Shown: in pieces, positions 39,741 to 53,539 of the stretch
How positions within the stretch are numbered: position 1 is the stretch's first letter
Layout of the letters: each line of letters begins with the position of its first letter
Position numbers and translations under genes: made by a program
Notes under the pieces: generated by a model
Databases searched by the model: none
Told to the model about the DNA's origin: nothing
The model's input: the letters and a program-made list of their open reading frames with translations, nothing else
NCBI RefSeq assembly: GCF_004010195.1
Contig: NC_057756.1
Location: 7,864,945 to 7,928,944, forward strand
Length of the DNA: 64,000 nt
Origin: Chiloscyllium plagiosum
Lineage: Eukaryota
Direction of reading: 5' to 3'

Positions 39741-41747
39741 CTGGGGAGAGAAATAACAGTATTTATCAGTGGATTGGCTGTAGACCAACCAGACTCAGTG
39801 GATGAACAGCCTCAGAGCAGGTTTCGTTATAAATCAGAGGCTGTTTACTGAAAACCACGGTAGCAAAGAGACCACATCGTGTTGAAAGGGGACAAATGTT
39901 GGGGACCTCTGGGAGAGGATATTTTCTCAGTTATACATGTGGGTCTCACACAAACTCAAATTCATTTACACAAAGTGAATTGCTTTCCATTTTACCCGTC
40001 TTTCACACTCACGCTGCTGTTTCACACTCACTCTCCCAGACCGAAGGGTCTGTTTCTGTGCTGTACGTCTCTATGACTCTAAGAAGTCCTTGGAATTCAT
40101 AAATCACAATTTGAGAATATGTGCAACTAATGTCACAGAGATCTGCAGCATAGAGAAAGGCCCTTCGGCCCTTTGTGTTCCTGCCAGTCGAATACAACTA
40201 GTTAATTATTCTAATCCCATTTTCCAGCACTTGGCCCATAACCTTTTAGGCTTTGGTATGGCAAGTGCATATTGAAATACTGATTAAATGTTCTGAGGGT
40301 TTCTGCTTCTACCACCCTGCAGCCAGTGAGCTCCTGATTCCCATCACCCTCTGGGTGAGAGTGCATCTCATCAAAACCCTTTTCTTCCTACCTTAAATTG
40401 CTGGTCATTGATCCCTCCACAAAGGAGAAAGGTTTCTTCTGTCTACTCTCTGTGCCCCCCATAATTTTATTAATCTCAATCATGTCTCCCTCAATCTCCT
40501 CTCTAGGGATAACAACCCCAGCCGATCTGATCTCTCTTCATAACTAAACCTCTCCAGTCCAGGCAACAACGTGGTCAATAATTCTGCACCTTCTCCGGTG
40601 CAACCACATCCCTCCCATAATGTGGATTCCTGAACTGCACACGATACTCTAGCTCTGGACTAACTAATGTTTTATACAGTTCCGGCATCACCTCCCTGGT
40701 TTTGAACTCCATGTCTGGGCTAATAAAGGCAAGTAATCCATATGCCAAACCATATCAGCCTTTTCATCTCTGTATTCACAACACAGAAAAATTAAAATTG
40801 TCCAAGACCCCGAATAGTTACTCCAATCACTCCTGAGCAGACTTTTGAATAATTCCCATACTTCATGAATGATTAATTCCAGACACTGGCTTTATATTTT
40901 AATAATTGATAACTTTAGCAGAGAAAAATTAAACAACATGGTAGTCTAAACTTGTCTATCCTATAAACTGGAAACACTTGTTTCAGCCCCATTCACACAG
41001 ACAGTCAGGCAAAGAAACAGGATTCATGCATATATAAAAGACAATAACAAAATTGGCCATATGACTTAAATGGTTTTCAGGATGCATTGTCTCACAGGTA
41101 TGAACATGAACTCCTTGGTTGCTTTTTCTGGAAATGTTGATCAGGATCACCTTTTGAGTTAACTCAGATAAAAGTAGTCATGATTTGGAGACAGAGAACA
41201 CAGGGGGCCAACACCTTCAACATATTGTCTAGCTATCACCATTGTTAACAGCTAACCCGAGAATGTAACTTTTAAAAAAAAGGTTTTGTGATTTACACGT
41301 GAAAGAAGTGGAACTATCACTGTATGCTAACAGATGAAAGGCTTAACAGATAATCAATTTTTCAATGTATAAATTCAGTTACATCACACTGTAAATTTTT
41401 GCTATAAATTCTGTGTTACGATCGAGCCCTCCACTATCACTATCGCTCCGAAAGCTAGTGTGCTTCCAATTAAACCTGTTGGACTATAACCTGGTGTTGT
41501 GTGATTTTTAACCAGATAAAAATAGTAATGCTGTCTGTGTTTCTGGAAACTGGGGTGGGAGATTAGCCAGAGAGCTTTCAAATTTCGTACTGTATCATCA
41601 GCACCAAAGTCATCTCACTAGAAAATACTGTTCAAAAAAATAATTTAACCCTGGTTGCACCTTGATATACTGACCATCTTTGCCCGAGGCCTCAATTACC
41701 ATTCAAGACCTACCATCTCCTTGAATGTAGGTTCTCTTCCAGACTTG

Positions 41748-43773
41748 GAGAAAGTGAGGACTGCAGATGCTGGAGACCAGAGTCAAAAGTGTGGTGCTGG
41801 AAAAGCACTGCAGGTCAGGCAGCATCTGAGGAGCAGGAGAATCGACGTTTCGGACAAAAGTCCTTCATCACGTATGGGGCTTGTGGGCCGGCGGGCTGAG
41901 AGATAAATGGGAGGATGGTGGAGTTGGGGGGTGGTAGCTGAGAATGCTTTAGGTAGATAGGCGGTGGGGGAGGGGGGAAAGGTGACAGGTCAGAGAGGAG
42001 GGTGGAGCAGATAGATGGGAAAGATAATGGACAGAACAAGAGGGCACTGCTGAGTTGGAGGCTTGGGACCGGGATAAGGTGTGGGGAGGGCGCAAATGAG
42101 GAAACTGTTGAAATCCACATTAATCCTACGTTGTTGCAGGATCCCAGGGCAGAGAATGAGGTGTTCGTCCTCCAAGCATCGGGTGATTAGGGTTTGGCGA
42201 CGGAGGAGATCCAGGATCTGCATGTCCTTGGTGGAGTGAGAGGGGGAGTTGAATTGTTCAGCCACGGGGCGGTGGGGTTGGTTGGTGCGGGTGTCCCAGA
42301 GATGCTCTCTGAAACAATCCGCAAGTTGGTGTCCTGTCTCCCTAATGTAGAGGAGACTACATCAGGTGTAACGGATAGAGTGGATGACATTAATGGAGAT
42401 ACAGGGAAATTTCTGTTGGATGTGGAAGCATCCTTTGGGGTCTTGGATAGAGGTGAGGGGGAGGTGTGGGCACAGGTTTTGCACTTCCTCTGGTGGCAGG
42501 GGAAGGTGCCAGTAGTGGGTTGAGGGCTGGTGGGGCGGGCATGGATCTGACAAGGGCGTTACGGAGGGAGGTCTCTCCAAAATGCTGATAGGGATGAGGA
42601 TGGAAATGTATCCCTCGTGGTGGGGTGTGTTTGTAGGTGGCAGAAGTGGTGGAGGATGATGTGGTGTATACAGAGGTTGGTGGGGTGGAAGGTGAGGACT
42701 TGGGGATTCTGTTCTTATTGTGTTGTGAGTGGTGGTGTTCAAGGGAGGAGGTGCGGGAAGTGGAGGAGATGCTCTTGAGGACATCGTCAACCATGTGGGA
42801 GGGGAAATTACACTCTTTGAAGAAGGAGACCATCTGGGATTTTCTATGGTGGAATTGGTCATTGTGGAAACAGATGCAGCAGAGGCAGAGGGATTGGGAA
42901 TGAGGGATGACATTTTTACACCCCCGCCCTTGAACCCCACCCCTCCCATCACAATAAGGACAGACCCCTTCTCCCGGTCCTCAACTGCCACCCCGTCAGC
43001 CTCTATAAACATAGCATCGTCCTCCGCCACCTCCGCACTACAAACAGGCCCCACTATCTGGAATATATTTCCCTCTCCATCCCTATTAGTGTTTCTGAGA
43101 GACCATTCCCTCCATGACTCCCTTGTCAGATCAACCCCCCCCTCATCAGCCCTTTGAACATTCACCTGTATCTCCACTAATGACATCTACTGTATCCATT
43201 GCACCTAATGTTGTTTCCCCTCTATCGGGGACACATTTGCCAAATTGTGGATTGTTTCAGAGAACATCTTTGGAACACTTGTACAGACCAACCCCACTGT
43301 CCCATGGCTGAAGTCTTCAACTCCTTTTCCCACTCCACTAAGGACATGCAGGTCCTGGGACTCCTCCGTCTTCAGACTTGAACCACCTGACGCCTGGAGG
43401 AAGAATTCCTCATCTTCTGCCTTGGGATCCTGCAACCACACAGGATTAATGTGGAATCCACCAGTTTCCTCATTTTCCCTCCTCCCACCTTGTCTCAGTC
43501 GCAAGCCTCTAACTCGGCACCACCCTCTCGATCTGTCCGTCGTCTTTCCCATCTATGCTCCACCCTCCTCTACGACCTATCACCTTCTCTCTCACCTATC
43601 TACCTATTGAATTCTCAGCTACCTTTCCCCCAGTCCCACTCTCCTCCCATTTATCTTTCAGCCCCTCCTCCCAGCCCACAAGCTTCATTCCTAATGGAGG
43701 GCTTATGCCCGAAATATCGATTTTCCCGAATGCTGCCTGACCTGCTGTGATTTTCCAGCACCTCACTCTCGAC
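41748..43773. mobile_element. Penelope-like element with inverted arms (GIY-YIG remnants on both strands)
   Basis: 15-bp TSD tctcttccagacttg at 41733-41747 and 43774-43788; empty site in the paralog at about 61862. Confidence 0.85.
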
Positions 43774-43847
43774 TCTCTTCCAGACTTGCCAGAACTAATT
43801 CCCAAGTGCTGACCTAATTAATAGCCAACTTCTGTTTAAACACTGTG

Positions 43848-44166
43848 GGCGGCACGGTGGCACAGTGGTTAGCACTGCTGCCTCACAGCGCCAGAGACCT
43901 CGGTTCAATTCCCGCCTCAGGCGACTGACTGTGTGGAGTTTGCACATTCTCCCCATGTCTGCATGGGTTTCCTCCGGGTGCTCCGGTTTCCTCCCACAGT
44001 CCAAAAAACATGTAGGTTAGGTAAATTGGCCATGCTAAATTGCTTGTAGTGTTAGGTGCAGGGGTAAACGTAGAAGAATGGGTCTGGGTGGGTGCACTTC
44101 GGCGGGTCGGTGTGGACTTGTTGGGCCGAAGGGCCTGATTCCACACTGTAAGCAATCTAATCTAAT
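43848..44166 (+). mobile_element. HE1/V-SINE-type SINE
   Basis: Full length; absent at the paralogous site near 61930. Confidence 0.9.
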
Positions 44167-45841
44167 CATACTGATCTTCCTGGGATCACTGTGTCTGTTG
44201 GGATCCTTTTAATCAAGAATCAGCCTGCAGTTAACCTCTAGGCCTGGCATCACAAACAAATAAAAGCTTGTTTTGTCTGTTCTTTTTCACCACAAGCTCT
44301 TCCGAAGTGCACAGGTCATTTTCAGCTCACAACTCCTAGATCACAGGTTGAAACAAAACTTGGCAACAGAGTAAAACCAAAAATAATAAGCAATCAGCAA
44401 GGTTCTAACACGTCCTTAACTATTTTATCCATCTGTCATGATACTTTAAGGGATCAGTGTACATGCTCTCCAAGATCCCTGTGCTCTTTGATGCTTCCCA
44501 GGGTCCTATTATTCATCATGTGTTCCTTTGCCTTATTTGTCCTGCCCACAAACATAACTTCACATCTTTCAGAATTGAACTCCATTAGGTACCAATCAGC
44601 ACATGTGACAAGCTCATCGATACCCTCCTCACTATTTTTAACCTCACCAACATTTCTGTCATCTGCAAACTTACTGATCAGCCCTCTGACATTCAAATGT
44701 GAATCATTTATATAAACCACAACCAGCAAAAATCCCAAAACTGACCACTATGGGATTGTACTGGTCACAGACGTCCACTGGAGAAAACACCCATTAACCA
44801 CCGCCCTCTGCTTCCTGCCACTTGGTCAATTGTGAATCCAGCTTGCCATCATTGCTTGGATCAAATGGGCTTTGATATTTGCTGTCACTCTCCCACACAT
44901 GACCTTATCAAAAGCCTTGCAGAAGTCCAAGAAGACGACTTCAAAACCATTGCCTTCCAATCCACACCTGGTCACCTCTTTGGAAAAATCAACCAAGTTG
45001 TTCAGGCATGACCTGCCCCTAACACCTTTCCTGCTGTAAGGAATCACTCTGAATCTTCATTGATGAAGGGATCCCTTTGGATTCTCATTGTGTAAGGGAT
45101 TATTTTTGATCCAAATCTAATGTTGTTGTATTGTTAATTCTGATACAGCATAGGAGACCAACTGTTCCCCAAGCTCAGTACTGATCCTACTACAGCAGAC
45201 ACTATGAAACAGTCAAACAAAGTGTGTCTAACCTGAGCTCTGTATGTGCTGACAGTAAAGATAAATATGGAATCAAATGTTTGACACGTTTACTGACTGC
45301 TTTGCCTTTCTTTATCTGTTGGTTATCTCACCCCCTTATTGAGGTTTGTAGCACTGTGAAATTTGACAGGAAGTGTGATGTTGAACAGCATGTCTATTCT
45401 AGGAGCTGCTGTGTTGTCTTCATGGGCAATTCTAATGAAAATCAGCATAAGACAGAAATTACAGACAATTGTAATTGGACTAGCAGTTTCAGAGTAAATA
45501 TCAATCCCCAGTTTTTATCATGGCTCACTCCCATGACTAGATCAGTGTTCACTGATTTCCGTTGGTTACCAAAGCTTCAACTTTATGATAATCATCACTT
45601 ATTTCCCATACCATCATCTCCCTTCTCCATTTCCTAATCCTTTATTCTCCTCTTTATCTGAAATATATACTGCGAGATCTCTCTGCTCCGCCACTACTGT
45701 TGTCAGAACAGGAGTCAGTGCATATCGGTGAGCACATGGGTGATGGGTGAACTAGACTTGATGTGAATTCCCATCACATTGATACAAACAATCTTTAACA
45801 AAGACTATTACCCATAAATCTTTCTGTGGTAATAATATTAT

Positions 45842-45920
45842 CTTGAAGTGACAGCAGAAAATAAGATTTCCCGATTATTTTCCACTCCTAGATATTTCAT
45901 CAGCTTCTCCACCTTAAGGT
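45842..45920 (-). pseudogene. Leader exon copy 3, disabled
   Basis: ATA ATC GGG AAA TCT TAT TTT CTG CTG TCA CTT CAA G|ATAAT: start ATG changed to ATA and donor GT changed to AT. Confidence 0.7.
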
Positions 45921-46342
45921 CTGAAAGAGAAAGGAGTTAATAAGACCTCACATCTTGTACAACAGTTCTCAAGAGATCAGATAATCTTTTAAATAATATC
46001 CTGACAGGCTGCTTTGTTTCTCTGCAGAATGATAGGTGCTCTACAGAGAGTTAGAAGGCTTCAAGAAAGTAAAACAATAAAAGATGTGAATCTCTGCAGA
46101 GTTTTCACCTCTTCGGGATGTCTCAAAGCTCCTGGCTCTACATATTACTCATCCCTTGATCAAGCAAGATGATCTGTTTGACTGACTTGAGGTTTACAGC
46201 CAGATAGCAAGAATACACAGAAACCATTAAAAGGCATCAAATATTTGAATCTGTCCTTACAACATCAACAACAGATGATCTTGATCTTGAAAGTAAGTTC
46301 CTGTTGTTCTGTTACTATTCCTGGATCTGTCCAACTGCTCAC

Positions 46343-46460
46343 CTGGGGAGTAATTGTCAATATGCACTGCTTTGGGGTCAATATTCTCTTTCTGTGCTAC
46401 ACCCCCATCTGTATTTCTTTAGAATTGTTGATGTGTCAATGTGGGTGAGATCAGTAAGTG
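46343..46460 (-). promoter_or_regulatory. Copy 3 non-coding exon 1/promoter, ETS core mutated (CAGTAAGT)
   Basis: CCCCAG|GTGAGC donor at 46343; positional homology to copies 1 and 2. Confidence 0.4.
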
Positions 46461-47464
46461 AGATGGTAGCAGTTTGCCCAGAATTTCAAATAAACTGTTA
46501 ACCCTTTTTGTGGCCTTGATGCAGACCCAGGCAGGATTTAACTTGGTTCCAGGAGGCGCATAGAGTTTCTCCTGATCTTCTCTCAATGGTTTCTATCCCC
46601 TCATTGATATTAACTGTAAATAGCTTAGGCCCTAGTAGCAATTCCTATGGACCCCACTCATCCCAGCATATGCTTCTACTGTGCACAATAACCTTCATCT
46701 AGCAACTTGTCAAATGCTTTCTGTTAATTGAAAAACAGTACATTTACAGGCTCTCCTTTGTCCACAATACTGATTATTCCTTCAAATAACTGCAATAAAT
46801 TGGTTAAACATGATCTCCCTTTCACAAAACAATGTTGAATCTTCCCGAGTACATTGAATTTGTTGAAATGCTCAGTAATAACCTTCTTAATGATCAATTC
46901 TAACAGCTTCACCATGATAGAAAGTTTCATCAGAACAAGAGTTTCCTATTTTTGACTTCCCTCCTTTGAGTAGATGGGTTATATTTGCAACTTTGTAATG
47001 CAGTGGAATCTTCCCAGGGCCCAGCAAATGTTGTAAAACTAAGAACAACCCATTAACTGTGTCTTTTACCACTTCTGTTAACACGCTGGGATGAAATACA
47101 CCAGATTCCAGGGATTTGTCAGCCCACAGCTCCATCAGTACCACTTACCTCATAATTGTATGCACTTTCATAAAGGTTCTCTCTCTCTCTCTTCCTTCGC
47201 CTGATTTACATTTCTCTGTGTGGAGTTTGTACGTTCTCCCTGTGTCTGCGTGGGCTTCCTCCGGGCGCTCCGGTTTCCTCCCACAATCCAAAAAAAAAAT
47301 GTGCAGGTTAGGTGAATTGGCCATGCTAAATTGCCCGTAGTGTTAGGTGAAGGGGTAAATATAGGGGAGTGGGTCTGGGTGGGTTGCGCTTCGGCAGGTC
47401 AGTGTGGACTTGTTGGGCCGAAGGGCCTGTTTCCACACTGTAAGTAATCTAATCTAATCTAATT

Positions 47465-48266
47465 TGTTGGGGCAGAATGAGGAAATAAATCACTAGACAC
47501 CCAGAGTCCACCTCCAGCATCAGAGTTTATTGAAATTATACCGGTCGAAAGAAACTTCTTTCAGATGCTTCTTCAATGAACAAAGGAAAGATATCAACTT
47601 TTATACACTTGTTTTCAGTCTGCCTTTGGTATTTGCTGGGCAATCATATTATTATTACATCACACCCAATCAAATTAATTATGTGACAGTATCTCAATGA
47701 TGGGCAGTCTTATGGATAACCCTCGGTCTTCCCCGATGTCATGATGCTTACCGGACACCTTACCTCTATCCTTGGGACTTTCTCAATGCCTTGTATTCAA
47801 CCACATTGGAATTCTGCTGACGTCTGCACCTATAATTCAATCCTCCCTGTAAGCAGTGTGGGGGCCTCTTCTTACTGTCTCAGGCCATCTGTTGGTAGAA
47901 TCTCTTTAATGCTTATTGTACTTTAGAAGATTAGATATATTTGTATATTTTCAAAATCTATAACTCTGATGATCTAGGAATTCTAACGAAAGTAAACCTA
48001 TTTCTAATGGATCTCAGCTAGGTATGGAGTTCTTCAGTCAGCATACTTAAGCATGTCCTTATTAAGCTGACTCGATAGAAAACTCTGCAACTGTTTTTGA
48101 AACTGGCCTCTTTGTCTGTTATCTTAATCTTGTTACCATCTCTACAGAGCTGCTATTGTTCTAATTTATGGTTCACCGTAATATTACAATAAACAAGCTA
48201 TTCTAAGTCAACTGAAAACGACTTTCAGCGATTTTGTGCTGCTTTTAGCCATGGGCAGCCTGAACA
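47465..48266. mobile_element. Probable solo LTR
   Basis: About 800 bp bounded by TGTT...AACA, inserted into a CR1 remnant next to a SINE. Confidence 0.4.
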
Positions 48267-50369
48267 TATTTATCACTGGAATGTTTTTGTATTCTCTGTG
48301 GTGATACATGGGAAGAATACTTATTTATTTCATTCACTATTTCCATATTTTTCCCACACTCCCTAGAGCAACAATACGCACCTTACTTAAGTTACTCATT
48401 TTTAGATATGAGTAGAAACAATTGCTAATCACTTTTTCACTTTCTGATTAGTTCCCTCATGCTTCACTTTCTTTCTCCTGATTAACCTTTTAGGGATTCT
48501 CTACCATTCGATACATTATGATCAGTCATCTGACCCACCACTATCTTGTGCACAACTACATGCTTTTCCTCAAGCTTGATGTTTCCTGAACCCCTTTACT
48601 TAACCACAGATAGTCGGATTTCCCTTTAGAATCATTGTTCATAGGAAGAGTGTATTTACTCTAAATATCCTGAAATATCCCTTTACATGCTTTCCACTCT
48701 GTCTCTGTGTCTATTGATCTATTCCTAGCCTGTTATATAAATTCATTCCAGCTAGTTCAGCTTTCACACCCATATGCTTGTCTTTATTTAAGTTTAAAAT
48801 ACCAATCTTAGTCCTAATTTGAGCAGATGCCCGTACTCTAAGATCAGACATTAATCCTACCACATTAACCAAGGTCAAGTCTAGTACATTCCAGAATGTG
48901 CTGCTCTCAGAATTTATTTCAAAATTATTCTATCAACTCTTCATCCAGGCTACGACTGCAAATCTGATTTTTCCAGTTTAGATGTAGATTAAAGCCACCC
49001 AAGATTATTACCATCCCTTCATTGTGTATACTTTGAGGGTATAAGCTATGAGGAGACATTGGATAAACTTTGTTTTCACTTGAATGTTGAAGGATGAGGG
49101 ATAGAACCTGATAGAACCTTACAAAATTATGAGAGGCATGGATAGAATGGATAGTCAGAGTCTTTTTCTCCAGATAGAAAAGTCAATTATGAGGAAATAT
49201 AGAATTCAGGTAAAATGTATAGGTTAAAAGGAGATGTAAGTGGCAAGATATATGACTGACAAAGGGTGGTAAATGTCTGGAATATGCTACCAGAGGAGGT
49301 GGTGGAGGTGGAGACAATAGTAATGTTTAAGAGGCATCTTGAGTGATATATGAATTGCAGAGAATTGAGGAATACGGGCAATGTAGAGGCATCATGATGA
49401 GTGATGGAAGCAGATTCAGCAGGAGCTTTCAAAAGGGCATTTAGACAAAGTGTGAATGAGTGGGAAATCGGAACCAATTGATTAGATCAGATAGCCAGAA
49501 CTAGCATGATAGGCTGAATGGCCTCTTTCTGTGATGTATCAATCTGTGCTTTAATGAATTTTAACTGATTAGAGGCAAACAGGGAGGCTCAATAAATTTA
49601 TAACTTTGATAAAACTTTACACTGGCTTGTGTTCTGTTTAATTCCCTTCTTGTGGTCGCTGTGTTGGGGAGAATGGGCAGGAAGTATGAGGCTGGACATT
49701 CTATTCTGACTGCTGATGTGTGGGGAGAGTCTCTGCGATCCTCTTCTAGCCACGAGGTTTAGGGAGGGAGTTCCAGAGCTCAGGATCCAGACGGCCACCA
49801 ATTGAGGAGCAATGGAAAGTGGGTTAAGGTCAAGAGGTAAGAATTGGAGAAATAAACAGACTTCGGAATGTTGCAGGTGCTGGAGGAAGTTACAGATATA
49901 TTGAGGGGGGTAGGGATTCTATGAGGGTATACCAATAAGGAGAGTTGTACAGGGGTGGGCAGGAGAGCACAAAGACATGGAAGAGTATCGGACAGGAGGA
50001 AGGTACCGAGATAGAGAGGGGTATAGGTACTGGAGGAAATTAGAAAGATAGGGAAGCAGTATGAGCCTTTGTCACGAGCATGATATATTCTGAGTGTGCA
50101 TGATGTTAAGAGCTTCTCTAGCATAATGCAAAAATTTTCCTGAAGCCTCTGTCTGAGCAACTTCATGTACTCAACTGGAATATTTCCTCCTGTGTGTGAG
50201 AAGGTAGGAACATTACAATGCCACCACTGGCAGGAGGATGTAACTACAATGTGACATGTTTACGTTGAAAATTTCCATTACACATTTAACCCAAGATTTC
50301 AAATAGTGTGAGTAAGCTTAGAAAATACGATACTATCTTTAAGCCAACAATTTTCAATCAATGCAGAGT

Positions 50370-50415
50370 TTAATTGATGTATATCTGCAGATCAGCCTGA
50401 CTATTGTATTCCACT
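50370..50415 (-). CDS. Candidate terminal exon (VEYNSQADLQIYIN*)
   Basis: ttattacatttattaacag| acceptor; the phase-2 frame gives two Tyr and a stop. Confidence 0.3.
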
Positions 50416-50628
50416 CTGTTAATAAATGTAATAATGCTCAGAACAGACACACTCCTCACAATGCCTCACTGCATTCAGAAAGTATGTTCTGGTCTGATAA
50501 CAAAGTTGAGTGAAGTCATGTTTATGTACAGGACTATTCATCCACATTGGCTACACTCAGTCTTGTGTTTGATAGGGTCACGCAGCAGCACTGGGGAGCT
50601 GAAGGGATGAGGAAAAGTCTCAGCTTAC

Positions 50629-50668
50629 TGAGGAGGAGAAGCTCTGGTTTGAGGTTTCTCTCCACACA
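50629..50668 (-). CDS. Candidate 40-nt cytoplasmic exon (VWRETSNQSFSSS)
   Basis: ttgcttcttag|TGTG...CTCA|GTAAGC. Phase-2 start matches the phase-2 end of the TM exon. Confidence 0.4.
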
Positions 50669-51550
50669 CTAAGAAGCAACATGTTGAAGTTTAATTGCAC
50701 TCCATTTGCTAAAGACATCCTGCTGGTAAATGGCTGTTTGTGTTGATGTTAAGAATAAGAACTTTATGTAATGAGCTGTCAAGGACAAAAAGAAGGAAGC
50801 AACGCTGAACATATATCAGGCTCTGTTAGCTCACAAAGACAGTATTGTGTCTAGTTCTGGTCACCACACTTTAGGAAGGACATGAGGGGCCTTGGGAGGG
50901 AATTTGAGAGACTTGAGAGGGAAAGAGGGAATGGTATTTAAGAGGGTGTGGTGGAAATTGATTGGAATGGTTCCTGGAAGCAGGGATTTTAGTAACAGAG
51001 TTCACTTGGAGTAGCTGGGACTGCTCCCCTCAAAGTGGAGGAGATTGGTGGCAGTCTGACCGAGATGGAGCAGATAGGGACAGGTCTAGATCAGGAAGGC
51101 AAAGGAAAGCTGTTCCCATTTGCTGATGATACAAAGACCAGGGGGGACAATTGGAAGATTCTTTGTTGGATAGACAGAGTGGAGATTGTGAGAAAGGACT
51201 GTTTTACACAGCGAGTGACAATGATCTGAAACTCGCTGCCTACAAGGTGAGGTGGTTGGGGAGATGCTCACTGATTTCAAATAGAAATTTGTGAGCATCA
51301 GACATTTGTGGCAAATAAACTCTAAGAACAATGAAGAGAGAATGGCGAGATGGGACTGATTGACCTTACAGAGAGAGCTGGCATGACACTGGATGGGCTG
51401 AATGGCCTTCTTCTATGCTGTAATAACTCTGTAATATGAAGATGATCCTAACCAGTGGTATTATCTGGATTCTGTGTAATTTAAACCAACAGTGCTTTGG
51501 TTGCACTGAAAAAGCTTGAAACAGCCTTTTAGTTTCGTTTAACTGTTTGC

Positions 51551-51638
51551 CTCTCACAGACACAAACACCAGCAACAATGAATATCCCAGCTCGTATTTC
51601 CAGGATCAGGATTACATGCAGACTCTCTCCTCTGCAAT
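51551..51638 (-). pseudogene. Second identical copy of the candidate transmembrane exon
   Basis: Lies within the 859-bp tandem duplication. Confidence 0.55.
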
Positions 51639-52409
51639 CTAGAAAACACCAAGAAAGAATTAATCTCTTACTGTCCACTTGCAATCTCTCACTGTGGAAG
51701 AACACTCAGCTTCATTTCACTACAACATTTCCTATAATATTGGTGGTGATGCAGTAAGAATGCCTCTGGGTTAGCAATTCAGAATGCAAAGCTGATATTC
51801 TGGGAGCACGGACTTAAATTCCACTGCGTTAGATAGTGAAATTTAAATTGAAGTAAAAATCTGGAATTAAAACTTTAGTCTAATCCCATTTGGTTCAACT
51901 AATGGCCTTCAGGGAAGCAAATCTGCTGAAATTTTACCCTATCCAGCCTATATGTGACTCTAGTCCTACAGCCGATGAAGGGCTTTTGCCCGAAACGTCA
52001 ATTTCGAAGCTCCTTGGATGCTGCCTGAACTGCTGTGCTCTTCCAGCACCACTAATCCAGAATCTGGTTTCCAGCATCTGCAGTCATTGTTTTTACCTCA
52101 GGTCCTACAGCACTCTGATTGAATGCTCACTGATTTCAAATAGAAATTTGTGAGCATCAGACATTTGTGGCAAATAAACTCTAAGAACAATGAAGAGAGA
52201 ATGGCGAGATGGGACTGATTGACCTTACAGAGAGAGCTGGCATGACACTGGATGGGCTGAATGGCCTTCTTCTATGCTGTAATAACTCTGTAATATGAAG
52301 ATGATCCTAACCAGTGGTATTATCTGGATTCTGTGTAATTTAAACCAACAGTGCTTTGGTTGCACTGAAAAAGCTTGAAACAGCCTTTTAGTTTCGTTTA
52401 ACTGTTTGC

Positions 52410-52497
52410 CTCTCACAGACACAAACACCAGCAACAATGAATATCCCAGCTCGTATTTCCAGGATCAGGATTACATGCAGACTCTCTCCTCTGCAAT
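52410..52497 (-). pseudogene. Candidate transmembrane exon of copy 4 (DCRGESLHVILILEIRAGIFIVAGVCVCE)
   Basis: Strong acceptor ttctttcttggtgttttctag|, phase-1 start, hydrophobic stretch containing E and R, ends AG|GCAAAC (GC donor). Confidence 0.6.
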
Positions 52498-53539
52498 CTA
52501 GAAAACACCAAGAAAGAATTAATCTCTTACTGTCCACTTGCAATCTCTCACTGTGGAAGAACACTCAGCTTCATTTCACTGCAACATTTCCTATAATATT
52601 GGTGGTGATGCAGTAAGAATGCCTCTGGGTTAGCAATTCAGAATGCAAAGCTGATATTCTGGGAGCACGGACTTAAATTCCACTGCGTTAGATAGTGAAA
52701 TTTAAATTGAAGTAAAAATCTGGAATTAAAACTTTAGTCTAATCCCATTTGGTTCAACTAATGGCCTTCAGGGAAGCAAATCTGCTGAAATTTTACCCTA
52801 TCCAGCCTATATGTGACTCTAGTCCTACAGCCGATGAAGGGCTTTTGCCCGAAACGTCAATTTCGAAGCTCCTTGGATGCTGCCTGAACTGCTGTGCTCT
52901 TCCAGCACCACTAATCCAGAATCTGGTTTCCAGCATCTGCAGTCATTGTTTTTACCTCAGGTCCTACAGCACTCTGATTGACTCCTAACTGCCCTCTGAG
53001 CCACAAGTGCTGATCCATCCAGTGACATGCACAGCCCATGAATGAATTTTGTAAAAAATCCACTGGGATGAAATGTAAAGTATGTCTTTCTGAACATCTA
53101 ATGGCTACTCAGAGATCTCAAAGTCACCCAGCCCTTTTCAGTGTAAACCCTGGGAGAGTGCCCAATCTGGCCAAAACACCAAACCTGCACATCTTTTGAT
53201 TGTGGGAGGAAACCAGAGCACCAGGAGGAAACCCATGCAGACACAGGGACAATGTGCAAGGTCCACACATACTGTCACCCAAGGCTGGAATTGAACCTGG
53301 GTACTAAACACTGAGTAACCGTGTCGCATCAGAGATGGTACAGGTGAATTTGAGGTTAGGGTGAAAGGTGTGGGTGAAGTAGATGAACTGTTCGAACTCG
53401 TCATGGGAGCACAGGGCAGCGCCAATATAGAAATCATTGAAGATTGTCAGCAAAACCCATCAGGCTCACTATGATGTTTAGGGAAGGACAGTGTTGACAT
53501 TATCAGGTCTCGCATATGACTCCAGACCCACAGTGATGG

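Larger units (their letters stand above)
36370..46300. repeat. Segmental duplication unit (copy 3), paralogous to 56550-64000
   Basis: Collinear blocks: CR1 5' remnant, Gypsy RNase H/LTR, V exon, CR1 tail, LTR-like block, CR1, intron, leader exon. Paired ORFs 45224/62973, 44826/62506 and 37346/57479 in the track. Confidence 0.9.
51264..52981. repeat. 859-bp near-perfect tandem duplication (51264-52122 / 52123-52981)
   Basis: Identical ORFs at 51366 and 52225; one substitution noticed by eye (cactacaac versus cactgcaac). Confidence 0.95.

Noticed and set aside
45224-45637. 137-aa plus-strand ORF nearly identical to 62973-63386
   Set aside because: Starts at GTG, has no recognisable domain and is antisense intron sequence. 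The near-identical tract explains the similarity.
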